Source: Carpediemonas membranifera BICM
Lineage: Eukaryota > Protista > Fornicata
NCBI GenBank assembly: GCA_019828565.1
Contig: JAHDYR010000002.1
Span: forward strand, 432,591 to 496,590
DNA: 64,000 bases
Reading direction: 5' to 3'
Below, one piece after another: positions 10,804-21,023 of the stretch (positions are counted from its first letter, which is position 1; every line of letters starts with the position of its first letter). Under the pieces are notes generated by a model, which saw only the letters and a program-made list of their open reading frames with translations, ran no database searches and had not been told where the DNA came from. The translations under genes and the position numbers were made by a program.

Positions 10804-12879
10804 TCACTTCTCCTGGGGCTGATAGGGGCCGGGGGCGGCCATGCCGTAGTTCTGGCTGTACGCAGGGTACTGCGGCACCGGGATGGGGGGCAGCTGACCA
10901 GGGTATGACGCGGGGCCGGGGGCGACCATAGGGCCCTGGGGATAGCTCGGGTAGGCGGGGTACAGCGACTGGGAAGGCAAGTACGTCGTGGGCCTGACAT
11001 TCGCTTGCTTCTTCTTCCGCTGGATCGGGCTGAGGCGCTTAACGTGCTTGTTCCGGCAGAAGCCGAAGCCAGTGCAGCAGCAACCGATGATGGTGGTGGG
11101 GAGGCAGACGGCGCAGATGACAAGCAGGCAAGGTCCGCAAAGGCAGCAACCCCAGAACACAGCGACGGAAAACCCGTAGACGAAGTAGAAGAGGAGGTAG
11201 CTTCCGTCGTCATAATAATCATCCTCATATGAAATATAAAGCTCCTCGGATGTGACCAGGGTGGCGTCGTTCGCGGTATACAGCTTCATGTAGCGGGACA
11301 CCGTGTTGGTGTCATATGCCACGTATCCCACGGTAGAATCAGTGTTGACAGAGTTAGTAGGGTCGGGTACCCGGAAGCAGAGGTTACCGTCGGATCTGAC
11401 GAATGAATAGACAGTCCACTCTCTCGCAGTGGACCAAGAGCCAGAGGAGATCGTCACTCGGAAGGAGCTGGAGGCAAAGTCGGCGCCGTCGAGGACAAAG
11501 CACGCGTACGAATCGTCGTAGGAGAACTCAGTGTCCAGGTGTACGTTGAGCGTGTCCTTGATGTAATCGGTAGAGACCGTGGTGCTGCTGTACACACACG
11601 CTCCCGTCGTGGCGCTGGCCTCGACGGAAGAGAGCGAGGCAATGGATGTGCCGACGGGCTTAGACGAAAGGCACACGGACCCGTCAGTCTTGGCATTGAG
11701 ACTTAGCCACTGGAGTGAGAGCTGGGTGGTCCCCAGACTCGGGATGATAGTGACGGGCTGAGTAATGACGTCGCCGTTGTTGAGGTTGACAGTGACATTG
11801 TGGGTACCAGCGAGGTCGACGAGGCTGTCCTCAGAGTCGATCACGGGGACCAGGGCGACTGCGGTGGTGCTGTAGGCGGTGAGGGGCTTGACCCAGCAGT
11901 TGATGCTTCCGTGCTCGGTGGTGATTGACGCCGAAGTGACCCCAGACGCGCCCGCGACCCAAGGGTTCACCAGGAGTGACTGGGAAGGAGAGATAACGGC
12001 GTCATGGGGCATGGTCGCGAAGCACTCCGAGTAACCCTGGGTACCAGAGGGTGTAGAGGTCTCGGCGGGGCAAGTCAGGCAAGACGTCGCGGCAGTGTCG
12101 GGCTGGTACTTCCCGGAGTTGCAAGGAAGGGGGCCACTGGTGGTGCCGGGTGAGTAGAAGCCGGCAGGTGTTGCGGTGCAGCTACTGAGGCCAGAGTACT
12201 TGGCAAAGTAACCGGCGGCGCATGGAGTGGCGGAAGTGTGGGGCTGGCCGTCAGCGGGGACATAGTATCCCGCAGCGGCAACCAGGCAGCTGGACTGGCC
12301 AGAGGAGGGCTGGTAGTGGCCGTCATTGCAAGGGTAGGAGTCACTGCCGTCGGCGTAGTAGCCGGCAGGGGCAGGAATGCACAGGCCGTCGTTTCTGTAG
12401 TATCCGGGATCGCAGAGCAACTCTACGGCGAAGGTGAGGACGATGTTGGTGACATAGAGGTCGTCCTGGCTCGCGGCGTCTTCAAAAAACACATGCCATG
12501 TGCCAGAAGAGGAACCGAGGGAACCGAGGGAAGAACCATAGGGCTCAAGGCACGTGGAATCATCATCAGAGTAGCAGAAGACGGTTGTTGAGAGGATGTC
12601 AGCGGAGCCGCCAGATCTGCTGCGGAGAGTGGATGTGGAGCCGCTGGGGCTCACGACTTTGATGATCACGTCGCTCGCATAGGTTGTATGGAACTGAACA
12701 GTGACTTGCTCAAGGCCTGTGATGCCAGAAGGGGCCACAAAGTCGAAATAAGCACCAGACGACGAACCATCTGGGACGTGGTAGTTACCGGTCCATGAAC
12801 GAGTGGCTGTTGAAGCTTGAAGAGAGAATGATGCAAGTAAAAGAAGGAATAGAACGCTCAGAGCACGCATTGAGCTCAT
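10804..12879 (-). CDS. Type I membrane protein: signal peptide, proprotein-convertase P-domain-like module, Cys-rich ephrin-receptor-like repeats, Cys-rich TM region, Pro/Tyr-rich tail
   Basis: Signal MRALSVLFLLLLASFSLQA (ATG at 12879 or 12870). VTVQFHTTYASDVIIKVVSPSG...GTWHVFFEDAASQD resembles a P-domain. CDPGYY/CNDGHYQP/CAAGYF repeats. Hydrophobic segment YLLFYFVYGFSVAVFWGCCLCGPCLLVICAVCLP. Tail PAYPSYP...PQYPAY. Confidence 0.8.
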   Translation of the reverse strand: MSSMRALSVLFLLLLASFSLQASTATRSWTGNYHVPDGSSSGAYFDFVAPSGITGLEQVTVQFHTTYASDVIIKVVSPSGSTSTLRSRSGGSADILSTTVFCYSDDDSTCLEPYGSSLGSLGSSSGTWHVFFEDAASQDDLYVTNIVLTFAVELLCDPGYYRNDGLCIPAPAGYYADGSDSYPCNDGHYQPSSGQSSCLVAAAGYYVPADGQPHTSATPCAAGYFAKYSGLSSCTATPAGFYSPGTTSGPLPCNSGKYQPDTAATSCLTCPAETSTPSGTQGYSECFATMPHDAVISPSQSLLVNPWVAGASGVTSASITTEHGSINCWVKPLTAYSTTAVALVPVIDSEDSLVDLAGTHNVTVNLNNGDVITQPVTIIPSLGTTQLSLQWLSLNAKTDGSVCLSSKPVGTSIASLSSVEASATTGACVYSSTTVSTDYIKDTLNVHLDTEFSYDDSYACFVLDGADFASSSFRVTISSGSWSTAREWTVYSFVRSDGNLCFRVPDPTNSVNTDSTVGYVAYDTNTVSRYMKLYTANDATLVTSEELYISYEDDYYDDGSYLLFYFVYGFSVAVFWGCCLCGPCLLVICAVCLPTTIIGCCCTGFGFCRNKHVKRLSPIQRKKKQANVRPTTYLPSQSLYPAYPSYPQGPMVAPGPASYPGQLPPIPVPQYPAYSQNYGMAAPGPYQPQEK

Positions 12880-12903
12880 TGCTTTCTCAAGTGACAAATC
12901 ACA

Positions 12904-13566
12904 TTGGAGAAAATCTCAATCCCGCAGCCAGGAATAGATGGTTGGTTTATGGTTCATTACAACGTACGTATATCCTCCGATTTCACTCTGTCCGGCACCA
13001 ACACGGGGGTCTACCCGTGTTGCCGGGAGCCTGCAGTGCGGTTTAGCACAACTACGCAGAAGACAAGCAGTGGGTGTCAGGCGAGGGCACATGTTGTCAG
13101 CGCGACTACAGGACCCGAGGCCGAGACGGTGCGGCTCGTGGGCAAGCACCGGGAGCTGTGCGTGACTCCTTTCGTCACACTGGCCGCGGTCGACTCGACT
13201 GACGACGATACTGACTCCGCCTCGGACACCGACACCGACATCATCGCATACTCCGACAGCGGGGCCACTGCGACCGACACAGACGCGGACGACTACCTTT
13301 TACCCAACCCTGATGAGGCGAAGACGTGCGCGAGTATATGGGGCAGCAAGCGGTTCAAGCTCGTAGCCACGCCGGCAAACGAGGAGGATGGCGGGCCTAG
13401 CGCGAGTAGGCGTCGGCAGATGATCGTTGACCTGACCCACGAGAGAGAGCTGGGTGCGATGGGCGCCATGATGGGCCGGCTGATGGGGATGCGGGCAGAC
13501 GCTTGTAAGCGGAAGAAGACGGCAAACGCTGTCTTCTGGGGCGACCAGGCGCATAAGGCGAAGTAG
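12904..13566 (+). CDS. Hypothetical acidic protein; start uncertain, may be non-functional
   Basis: 220-codon open frame with an Asp/Thr-rich centre. No ATG at the ORF start and no recognised domain. Confidence 0.3.
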   Translation: MEKISIPQPGIDGWFMVHYNVRISSDFTLSGTNTGVYPCCREPAVRFSTTTQKTSSGCQARAHVVSATTGPEAETVRLVGKHRELCVTPFVTLAAVDSTDDDTDSASDTDTDIIAYSDSGATATDTDADDYLLPNPDEAKTCASIWGSKRFKLVATPANEEDGGPSASRRRQMIVDLTHERELGAMGAMMGRLMGMRADACKRKKTANAVFWGDQAHKAK

Positions 13567-13622
13567 TGATCGTGTGTCAAAATGGTCCAAGTCAGTTGGG
13601 CGATCGAGTCATCTCGAAGACG

Positions 13623-15746
13623 ATGGCTGTTCAGGAACCTTTTCAGCAGCTGGACGCCTGCATTAACGATGTTGATACTGAGATTGCTAAGTTGAACGGC
13701 ATGGTGCTTCCAGACGAGGAGATCGATGCCCGCCTCGCCTGGATGGACGCTTCTCGCGCTCGCCTCGCGGCCATGCGCTCCTCAGGGCCCAAGAGTGGCA
13801 GCGACGTCCAGCATGACGCAATGAGTGGCCTGCATTCCGCCATGTCGCGCGACTATGCGGATTTGCCAGGCGACATTCCCACTCTCATGCGAGAGGCCTT
13901 CACTCGCGAGATCGGCGAGGAGTTCCCGGACGAAGACGGTGATGCAAATCAGGCCACAGCCGAGGAGGTGACTAGCGCGCTCTTGGCCCTCGACCTCCAC
14001 CATCGCAGTGCCATCAACTTTGTCAACCGGGTTGTCTCGATACTGTCACACGCCTCCCCCCCGCTGTCCATGAACAGACCCATGATACCCGGCGGCACTG
14101 ATTCCTTGCCACATTCTACAAACGATTCGCTTATCTCCGCATTCCGTCTTTCAGTCGCCATCACCGCCTCGATCCCCGGGGACGTCCCCACATTGCTCAA
14201 AGAGGCCTTCTCCAGGCACTTCAACGAGCAGATGCCCGCGATCCACGACGCAGAGACCACAACTACACCGACCAGCGCCGCATCGCTCGATTCCCTCACC
14301 GCCATGCTCTCCGAGATCCCCCCTCTCGAGCCAGCCGCGCAAGTCCTCCTCGACCGCGCCCGCTCGATCATCACCAACGGCCCCCCGCTGTCCATGAACG
14401 TCGAGCTCGCGGCGGGGCAGGCGCTCCCGGCCGCCCTGCACACACTCAACCAGGGCGCGGTGTGGGCGTGTCTGCTGGGTGGCGGGGCCAACCCAGACCT
14501 CGAGGACAGGGTGCTGGAGGAGTATCCAGAGGACTGGGCAGACGCCACCGAGATGCATCACAAGATCCGCGACGCTCTCACCCCCGAGGGCAAGTGCCTC
14601 TGGTTCCTCTGCCGCAAGTTCTTTTTCACGCTGAACGTCGCCGAGAAGGACGGCGAATGCAATCAATACTATTGGCGAGAAAGATTCTACCACCACCGCA
14701 TGTACATGGGCCGACTCTTCATGCTCTGCATTGATGATTACGACACCTCCTTCACTAGGGCCAGAATGCCCAGGGCCCTCGAAGTCTGTATCGAATGGTC
14801 AACCTACATCGACAGGACGCCCAAGGGCCTGTGGGGCTGGGGGGAGAACAAACATGGTCAGCTGGGGTTCGAGTCATCATATCGCGAGTTCGTTGACCTG
14901 ACCCGCCTCACCTTCCCCGCCTGCCCCGCGGTCGCGGAACTTGAGGCCAGCCAGCCCCCCTGGGAGAAGCACAGGATGGTGACTGCTTTGTCGATGGAGG
15001 AAGATCAGACGTTCATCCTCACCCCAGCCGGCACTGTCATGACTGGCTTCAATGCTCAGAGATATGTCGGCCCAGTCGACCGGGCGATCAGGAATCACTT
15101 CCACCCAGTCGCTGTGCCACCTGGCTTTGTCCCAGATCATATCATGCAGGGTAGCAGAGTTGCCATCCTCTCCATGGGCGATCGGCAGATGATCAGCGGG
15201 AGCAATAGATCTTCTGGCGAACTTGGGCTTGGGCACGAGAATGAGATGACCGGCTTCGTCGACCTGCCCTTCAGGGTCGACCGGATCGTGTCATCAGATT
15301 CCTTCAACGTCTTCCTCAGCGGCCGCCAGCTGCTGTTCGCCGGCAGCGTCTCTCCGCTGATCGTCCAGTCGGGCCTGCTGCCAGGATACCGCAACTACGA
15401 CAGCTGCATCACAGCCACCCCGCTCCGGTTCCCGGAGAGGGTGACGCGTCTGTTCATAACCTACAGTGATTTAATCTGGGTCACCGAGGGCCAGACCCAC
15501 TTTTTTTTAGAAACGTACGACGAACGCGAGGACAACCACAGGAGCATCATAAGAGGCGTTGCTCCGTTTGAGGCGATAGCGCGTTTTTCCTGGAACAAAC
15601 GATTATGCCTTGTGAGCTCCTCTGGAGAAAGGTTCAAGACGCCAAGCTTGTCGGACGAACAAGTGGTGATGGAGGAGTGTGAGGCGAGCACGCGTCTGAC
15701 CGAGCTCGACCATGTTGACATCGACCCGTCCCCAGTCGTTTTGTGA
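13623..15746 (+). CDS. RCC1-like propeller family protein, copy 2 (long form with duplicated N-terminal helical module)
   Basis: First ATG at 13623 (MAVQEPF), shared with copy 3. Same core as copy 1 but a different C-terminal ~100 aa. Confidence 0.8.
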   Translation: MAVQEPFQQLDACINDVDTEIAKLNGMVLPDEEIDARLAWMDASRARLAAMRSSGPKSGSDVQHDAMSGLHSAMSRDYADLPGDIPTLMREAFTREIGEEFPDEDGDANQATAEEVTSALLALDLHHRSAINFVNRVVSILSHASPPLSMNRPMIPGGTDSLPHSTNDSLISAFRLSVAITASIPGDVPTLLKEAFSRHFNEQMPAIHDAETTTTPTSAASLDSLTAMLSEIPPLEPAAQVLLDRARSIITNGPPLSMNVELAAGQALPAALHTLNQGAVWACLLGGGANPDLEDRVLEEYPEDWADATEMHHKIRDALTPEGKCLWFLCRKFFFTLNVAEKDGECNQYYWRERFYHHRMYMGRLFMLCIDDYDTSFTRARMPRALEVCIEWSTYIDRTPKGLWGWGENKHGQLGFESSYREFVDLTRLTFPACPAVAELEASQPPWEKHRMVTALSMEEDQTFILTPAGTVMTGFNAQRYVGPVDRAIRNHFHPVAVPPGFVPDHIMQGSRVAILSMGDRQMISGSNRSSGELGLGHENEMTGFVDLPFRVDRIVSSDSFNVFLSGRQLLFAGSVSPLIVQSGLLPGYRNYDSCITATPLRFPERVTRLFITYSDLIWVTEGQTHFFLETYDEREDNHRSIIRGVAPFEAIARFSWNKRLCLVSSSGERFKTPSLSDEQVVMEECEASTRLTELDHVDIDPSPVVL

Positions 15747-16258
15747 CCGATCGAAGTGGGCTGAACAGGAAGCGGGGCTTGAGACAGGTCGGGCAGGGTA
15801 TGCCGTAAACATGCGTCTGCTGCTGTCGTAGTCTGGGTTGGTGCCGCCGATCCGTGACACCGCGGCTGGTGAGTCGGCGAGTCGTCGATCAGAATTTGAC
15901 ATCCCCAGAACTGATGCATCCCCCACCTGGAACACTAAGTTCACGTGGCGGGCTCGGGCTGACCGGGCTCTCGCCTCGATCACGCCCGGTACTGCGGGTC
16001 GATGCTCTGTTAACCAGGACGGCCATCCTGTAATGTGGCAGCTAGTGGGGCTGTCTGACATCTTCTGGCCAATATCACTCTGGCATGTGGCGGGAGTGCT
16101 TGGGCTTATTAGTGTCGCTGTGTACCTGGCGCTGTCTTTGTTCGTCTACTACTTCCGGTAAGCGAGAAGTAGGGCTGGTTGGCATTAGACTGCGTTAGGC
16201 TGACTGACTGACTGGTAGACTGACCTGACTGCGACTGGGCTAATCAAATGATGAAGCG

Positions 16259-17125
16259 ATGGGTGTGAATAATCAGGTTTTCATCACTGAGGCGCTACAG
16301 AGCGATCCTCCCTTGCGCGTTAAGCACGAAACTCTTATGAGTTTTAGGAAAGTAGCATTTGAATTCGGGAATGTTGGCTGCTGCCTCGTTTCACTTGGTG
16401 ATAGTCGCGTTTCGGCTACAGTGACTGCGACGATCGGTGAGCCCCTGCAAAACCAGCAGAATGAAGGAAGAATCCTCATTTCCGTGAACGACACAGCGCG
16501 CCATGCCACGATGGCGGAGAAGTCTCTTCTCGAGAACCTCCTCCAAGCCCATCTCACTCGCGTCATCACTCGGCTTAACGCGGTGAACAGAGAAGCGCTG
16601 GTGATCGCGGACAACAAGGTCTGGATCCTTCGTGTTGACACGAAGATCCTCAACAACGACGGAAACCTCACCGACGCTTGCACCCTCGCCGCTGTAGCTG
16701 CCCTCCGACACTTCCGCCTGCCCATCACAGACGTCACCCACCACGCAGACGGGTCCCAGCGGGTCAAAGTCATGCCTGCCTCGTCCCACGATCCAAGGCC
16801 CCTCGACATGCCTGGGGAGCCGCTGTCGTGTTCATTCATGGTCATGCCGACCACACCGCCCACTATAGTAGCCGACCCGACCGCGGAGGAGGAGGAGACT
16901 GCGGCCTGCTCCCCTGTCACCGTCCTCATCGACGGTGCTGGCCGCTGCTGCGGGCTGATCAAGCCAGGCGGCCCGCCCATCCCCCCAGACACAATCAACG
17001 CGCTCGTTAAGGCGGCTGATGAGCTCACAAGGCCTCTGTGCAAGCGGCTGAGCAATGAGGTGGCTGTGGACCACCAGCGTCGGAAGGTCGAGATGATCCG
17101 TGACGCTCGGATGCGGGATACATGA
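16259..17125 (+). CDS. RRP45: Exosome complex RNase PH-like subunit, most like Rrp45/EXOSC9
   Basis: Motifs VFITEAL, VSLGDSRV, EGRILISV, KVWILRVDTKILNNDGNLTDACTLAAVAALRHFRLP, VADPTAEEE, LIKPGG. Confidence 0.85.
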   Translation: MGVNNQVFITEALQSDPPLRVKHETLMSFRKVAFEFGNVGCCLVSLGDSRVSATVTATIGEPLQNQQNEGRILISVNDTARHATMAEKSLLENLLQAHLTRVITRLNAVNREALVIADNKVWILRVDTKILNNDGNLTDACTLAAVAALRHFRLPITDVTHHADGSQRVKVMPASSHDPRPLDMPGEPLSCSFMVMPTTPPTIVADPTAEEEETAACSPVTVLIDGAGRCCGLIKPGGPPIPPDTINALVKAADELTRPLCKRLSNEVAVDHQRRKVEMIRDARMRDT

Positions 17126-17439
17126 CGATGTGATACATGATGTCAGCGTGTGAACGCTGTCACGGTAAATACTCTTCGCGCATTTTTAAATCATTTTTTC
17201 GAGTGAATCAATCAGAATATCTTCTAATCGTGATCGAAAGAAGCGGGTCCAGTCATCTCAATAGCCTCAAAGGAGACGATTGCGGCTCATATATTTGGTC
17301 GACAACCGGATATTTTGTCGACTTCAACAATCTCCTTTTCACCAGCGTTGAAGTTCTCTGCAAGTTGGCGTTGAAGTTCCAGAGAAGCTTCAAGAGACAA
17401 TTTCTCATACAATTGGGTTTTAGTAGTAGAACATTGACA

Positions 17440-18147
17440 ATGAAACGTTCAGATTGCTCCACACTCTTTCTCCTTGACTTTGATGACACTATATGTCCCA
17501 GTTCAATGCTCAGCACGACCTCCCGTGAACAATTGCAGCAATCAGCAGTACAAAGAGAGCTAAAAGCGATAGATAAGGCCGCAGCAGCATTCATCCGCAA
17601 CATAACTACATATCCAAGCACCAGCGTTGTCATTGTGAGCGCAGGAACGTCAAGCTGGATGACTGACGCACTCTCACTCTTCCCTCGCCTAAAGCGCGTG
17701 CTTAGGAACATTCGCATGGTCTCCGCCCGCGACGACTATGAGCACATGTTCCCAGTTCATCGCCACGGCCCTATCGACTCGCCCGTGCTCTGGAAGCTTG
17801 CCTCGTTCCAGAAGATCATCAACGGGCTTGCCGGAGCCAAGTTTATCAACGTGATCAGTATCGGCGACTCTGCTGCTGAAAGGAAAGCGGCCAAATTCCT
17901 GCTCCGACCCGACGTGCTCAAGCTCAAGGGACGCCGCAGCTCTAACAAGGACAAGCACGCACACGCAGGACTCAGCGTGAAGTCGATACAAACCGCCCAC
18001 AACCCAACCACTACGGAGCTCATTGGGCAGTTTAGTCTGCTCATAGGGGCCCTGGGCCTACTGAGATTCCCGGTCAACATCGACGGGACCGTGGCTGATG
18101 TCGCACGGTTCATCGAGCAGGATAAGGACAGGATGGCGTTCGCATAG
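17440..18147 (+). CDS. HAD-superfamily hydrolase (protist DxDDT type)
   Basis: Motif I LLDFDDTICP just after the ATG at 17440, motif II IVSAG, motif IV ISIGDSAAER. Confidence 0.75.
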   Translation: MKRSDCSTLFLLDFDDTICPSSMLSTTSREQLQQSAVQRELKAIDKAAAAFIRNITTYPSTSVVIVSAGTSSWMTDALSLFPRLKRVLRNIRMVSARDDYEHMFPVHRHGPIDSPVLWKLASFQKIINGLAGAKFINVISIGDSAAERKAAKFLLRPDVLKLKGRRSSNKDKHAHAGLSVKSIQTAHNPTTTELIGQFSLLIGALGLLRFPVNIDGTVADVARFIEQDKDRMAFA

Positions 18148-18243
18148 GATGAGATAATAGATAAATTCCAGCCCATGACAACTTCTATGTGCAGAGCAAC
18201 AATCCGAGTCAATCTCACGAATTTAACGTCATATTTAAAGAGT

Positions 18244-19062
18244 CTACTCCACAGCCATCACCACCTCGTCCGCCGCCGCCACGACCCTGTCCTTGAGCCG
18301 GCTCCACACCGAGTCATACCACGCCTCGCCGTCTGCCAGGGTCTGGGAAGCTACATCGGACCAGAATGACTCGAATCTGATCTTGTCTGCGGCGGATCCC
18401 ACCAGGATCTGGTAGAAAGGGCCGTGTTGGTTTTCGACAGGCTCCCTGGACCCAGGGTAGGCCGTCTGGTCGATCGTCTCCTTGAGCACAATGGAACGGC
18501 CAGCAGGGAGTTCAGCCACTGCATTTTTGATTAAATCAAACATGTCGATCTTGACGAAGTCAAGCACAGCGTCCTTGGCCCGCTGAATACGGGCCAGAGC
18601 AGCCTGCTGCCCTTCTTCAGGGACGCCAGTGACATGTGTCCTCAGCACAACAGGGTCTGCCCCAGGGTCCTTAGCCCTCGCCTCCTCTACCTGCTTGAGT
18701 GCGTCCGGCGGCGGGTTGGGGTCGACCTCAGTCGAGTATGGGATGAGTGCCTGCACCCGCCCAATGGCGACAGAGGAGAGACGGTCGGCAAAGTGCCAGG
18801 CAAGAGAGCGGACGTGGCAGTGGATCATCTTGTTCTTACGAATGAACCGAGCGTTGAAGCCGCGAAGCCGGTAAATGGGGACGTCGTCGATAAACTGCCG
18901 AGTCAGGAAGCGGTAGTGGGTCTCGGACCTCTGCCCGCGTTCTGAGGAGGCCAGCTGCTTGTATAGACCCATGCTACGCTCCTTCTCGCGCTTGTGGAAG
19001 CGGTTGTCGAGGTCGGCCACTGTTTGGATGGTGCCCGTCTTGATCAGAGGAACATATTCCAT
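18244..19062 (-). CDS. Hypothetical protein
   Basis: GC-rich coding-like frame from MEYVPLIK (ATG 19062). The upstream part of the ORF-track call looks non-coding. Confidence 0.6.
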   Translation of the reverse strand: MEYVPLIKTGTIQTVADLDNRFHKREKERSMGLYKQLASSERGQRSETHYRFLTRQFIDDVPIYRLRGFNARFIRKNKMIHCHVRSLAWHFADRLSSVAIGRVQALIPYSTEVDPNPPPDALKQVEEARAKDPGADPVVLRTHVTGVPEEGQQAALARIQRAKDAVLDFVKIDMFDLIKNAVAELPAGRSIVLKETIDQTAYPGSREPVENQHGPFYQILVGSAADKIRFESFWSDVASQTLADGEAWYDSVWSRLKDRVVAAADEVVMAVE

Positions 19063-19611
19063 GAAGGCAGGATCAGCGAGTGAAAACAAGTTGGCGCCAA
19101 AACCTGTGCGCTTCAGAGCCTCTGAGTGCACACGGTATTGCTTCTGCGTGAGAGGGCGGATGGAAACGGACCTCTGGTGGTAGTGAAGTAAAAAATGATA
19201 GGCGCTTCTCATATGATAGTGATGTATACTCCTCCTTGTATGTCTCAGCAAGCACGATATCAGCCACAGTGCCCTCCATTGACTGCAGCACCAAAACGCG
19301 CAGGATAAGGCACCCAGTGTTGGCCGATGCGGCGATGAAACCTCGGGCGCCACATGAATGCGTCTGTATTGCAGCCTAGTCGGTGGGAAAGCGCTCCAAA
19401 GTGCATCCCCTGCTCAGGTGGCCGACCAAGGCCACATAATCAGCTGCGGCCAGCCAAGAAACTGGCCAGACAGATGAACAATCTTTGTTTATCATCAGCT
19501 GTATTATGTCTGCCCATCAATAGGCCCTACATATTACGTAATTATCGATTTTCCTTTTTGTCGACACATGTGTGTCGAAGTCTTGAGTCGAGAAGCGATC
19601 TTTAAGTGATA

Positions 19612-20090
19612 ATGGCCGGCCCTCGTGCACTTTGCAAGCCCAAGATTGTGAAGAAGAAGACCAACTCCTTCAAGCGTTTCCAGTCCCAGCGTTTCAAGCG
19701 CGTTTCCGTTCGTACCACCGAGCTTTTGCCAATTTTTTACATAGACCTCCTGGCGCCAGGTTCACGGTATCGATAGCTCCCTTCGCCGTATGTATTCCTC
19801 TTTTTGCATCGTTTTATCCAGGTGGCATGCGCGGTGAGATCCCCAAGCCTAACATTGGCTACCGTTCCAACAAGAACACCCGCCACATGCTCCCCAACGG
19901 CTTCTTCCTCCACCAGGTTGCCAACGTTAAGGATCTTGAGGTTCTCCTTAACCACAACCGCACCTACGCTGCCCAGATCGCCGCTACCGTTTCCGCCCAG
20001 AAGCGCAAGGCTATCGTCGCCCGCGCCAAGGAGCTCAACATCCGCGTGCTCAACGCCGACGCTAAGCTGAGAACCGAGGAGCAGCAGTAA
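19612..20090 (+). CDS. RPL32: 60S ribosomal protein L32 (eL32); exons 19612-19707, 19745-19787, 19822-20090
   Basis: Splicing GT..AG introns 19708-19744 (37 nt) and 19788-19821 (34 nt) gives KIVKKKTNSFKRFQSQRFKRVS-TSWRQVHGIDSSLRRGMRGEIPKPNIGYRSNKNTRHMLPNGF, the eL32 signature. Confidence 0.96.
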
Positions 20091-20296
20091 GATGTTAAAC
20101 GGTCTCGACTAAACATTTCTTGAGGGTCCTTTACTGAGTCAGATGGTTCGAAGCTAAAGGGTGATGCCGACGACGAAGAGGTTGTGCAGTGTGCAAGCCT
20201 CATTGCTTCACGCAGTGAGACAAAGCGCCTCTTTGTGTGACACGGCTACGACTCTTCAGAGTTAAGAACGAAGACCGACGTTTTCGAAAAGCTTAT

Positions 20297-20872
20297 ATGG
20301 GATGCATTAGCGTTTTCTTTCGGCGAATTCTTCTCTTTATCATCTCATTACTAGGATCCCGCAACCGTATTGTTGAGAACGATTCTATTGACAGCATGAC
20401 ACGGTCTGATCCTGCTGCTGACACGCAGTCGGAACAACCAAGCAAGAACCATTTGAGAATGGCGAATTTCAACGGAGTAACGACTATTCGTGCCAATGGA
20501 ATCCTTCTAGACGACAACATGCAGCCAGACGTGAAGGCCATCGCCAAGCTCGCCAATGCCAACAACGTTGCTCTCTACATAGTGGCCATCGTGAGCGATG
20601 ATACCATGGAGAAGCATGTCAGAGACACATTCAAGGCCCACAACCTCTTCACATCCACCTTTACCCCAGAACAGCTTCTCTTTGCCGAAACACACGAGGC
20701 GGAAAAGTCTATTGCCCGCGCCCTGTCGTCCCAGAAACACGTTACCAACGATGAGGCCGTGACTACTGACCTGAGCCGCTTTGTCCCTGCGATAGTGCAT
20801 GTGGGGCGGCTCACCCAGGCGGTTCCCAGAGATAACATCACCGTGGTTCAGAGCCTCACAGAGCTGCTCTAA
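20297..20872 (+). CDS. PEX22: Putative peroxin Pex22-like protein (N-terminal membrane anchor + HAD-like fold)
   Basis: N-terminal hydrophobic segment. LYIVAIVSDDTMEKHV...LFTS...LLFAET...SIARAL...HV...LSRFV..VHV parallels plant-type PEX22 as I recall it. Confidence 0.6.
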   Translation: MGCISVFFRRILLFIISLLGSRNRIVENDSIDSMTRSDPAADTQSEQPSKNHLRMANFNGVTTIRANGILLDDNMQPDVKAIAKLANANNVALYIVAIVSDDTMEKHVRDTFKAHNLFTSTFTPEQLLFAETHEAEKSIARALSSQKHVTNDEAVTTDLSRFVPAIVHVGRLTQAVPRDNITVVQSLTELL

Positions 20873-21023
20873 ACGGGAGTAAAATACGCATCAGCAGTGT
20901 AGTGAAGAGTATTGGCCCTGTTGCTGACTGTACAAACTGAAAGAAAGACTAGAGCCAAAATTACCAAACCAGGCACTGAAGCTTTAAAACATTAGCTAAT
21001 TGTCTCAACATGAAATAAATATT

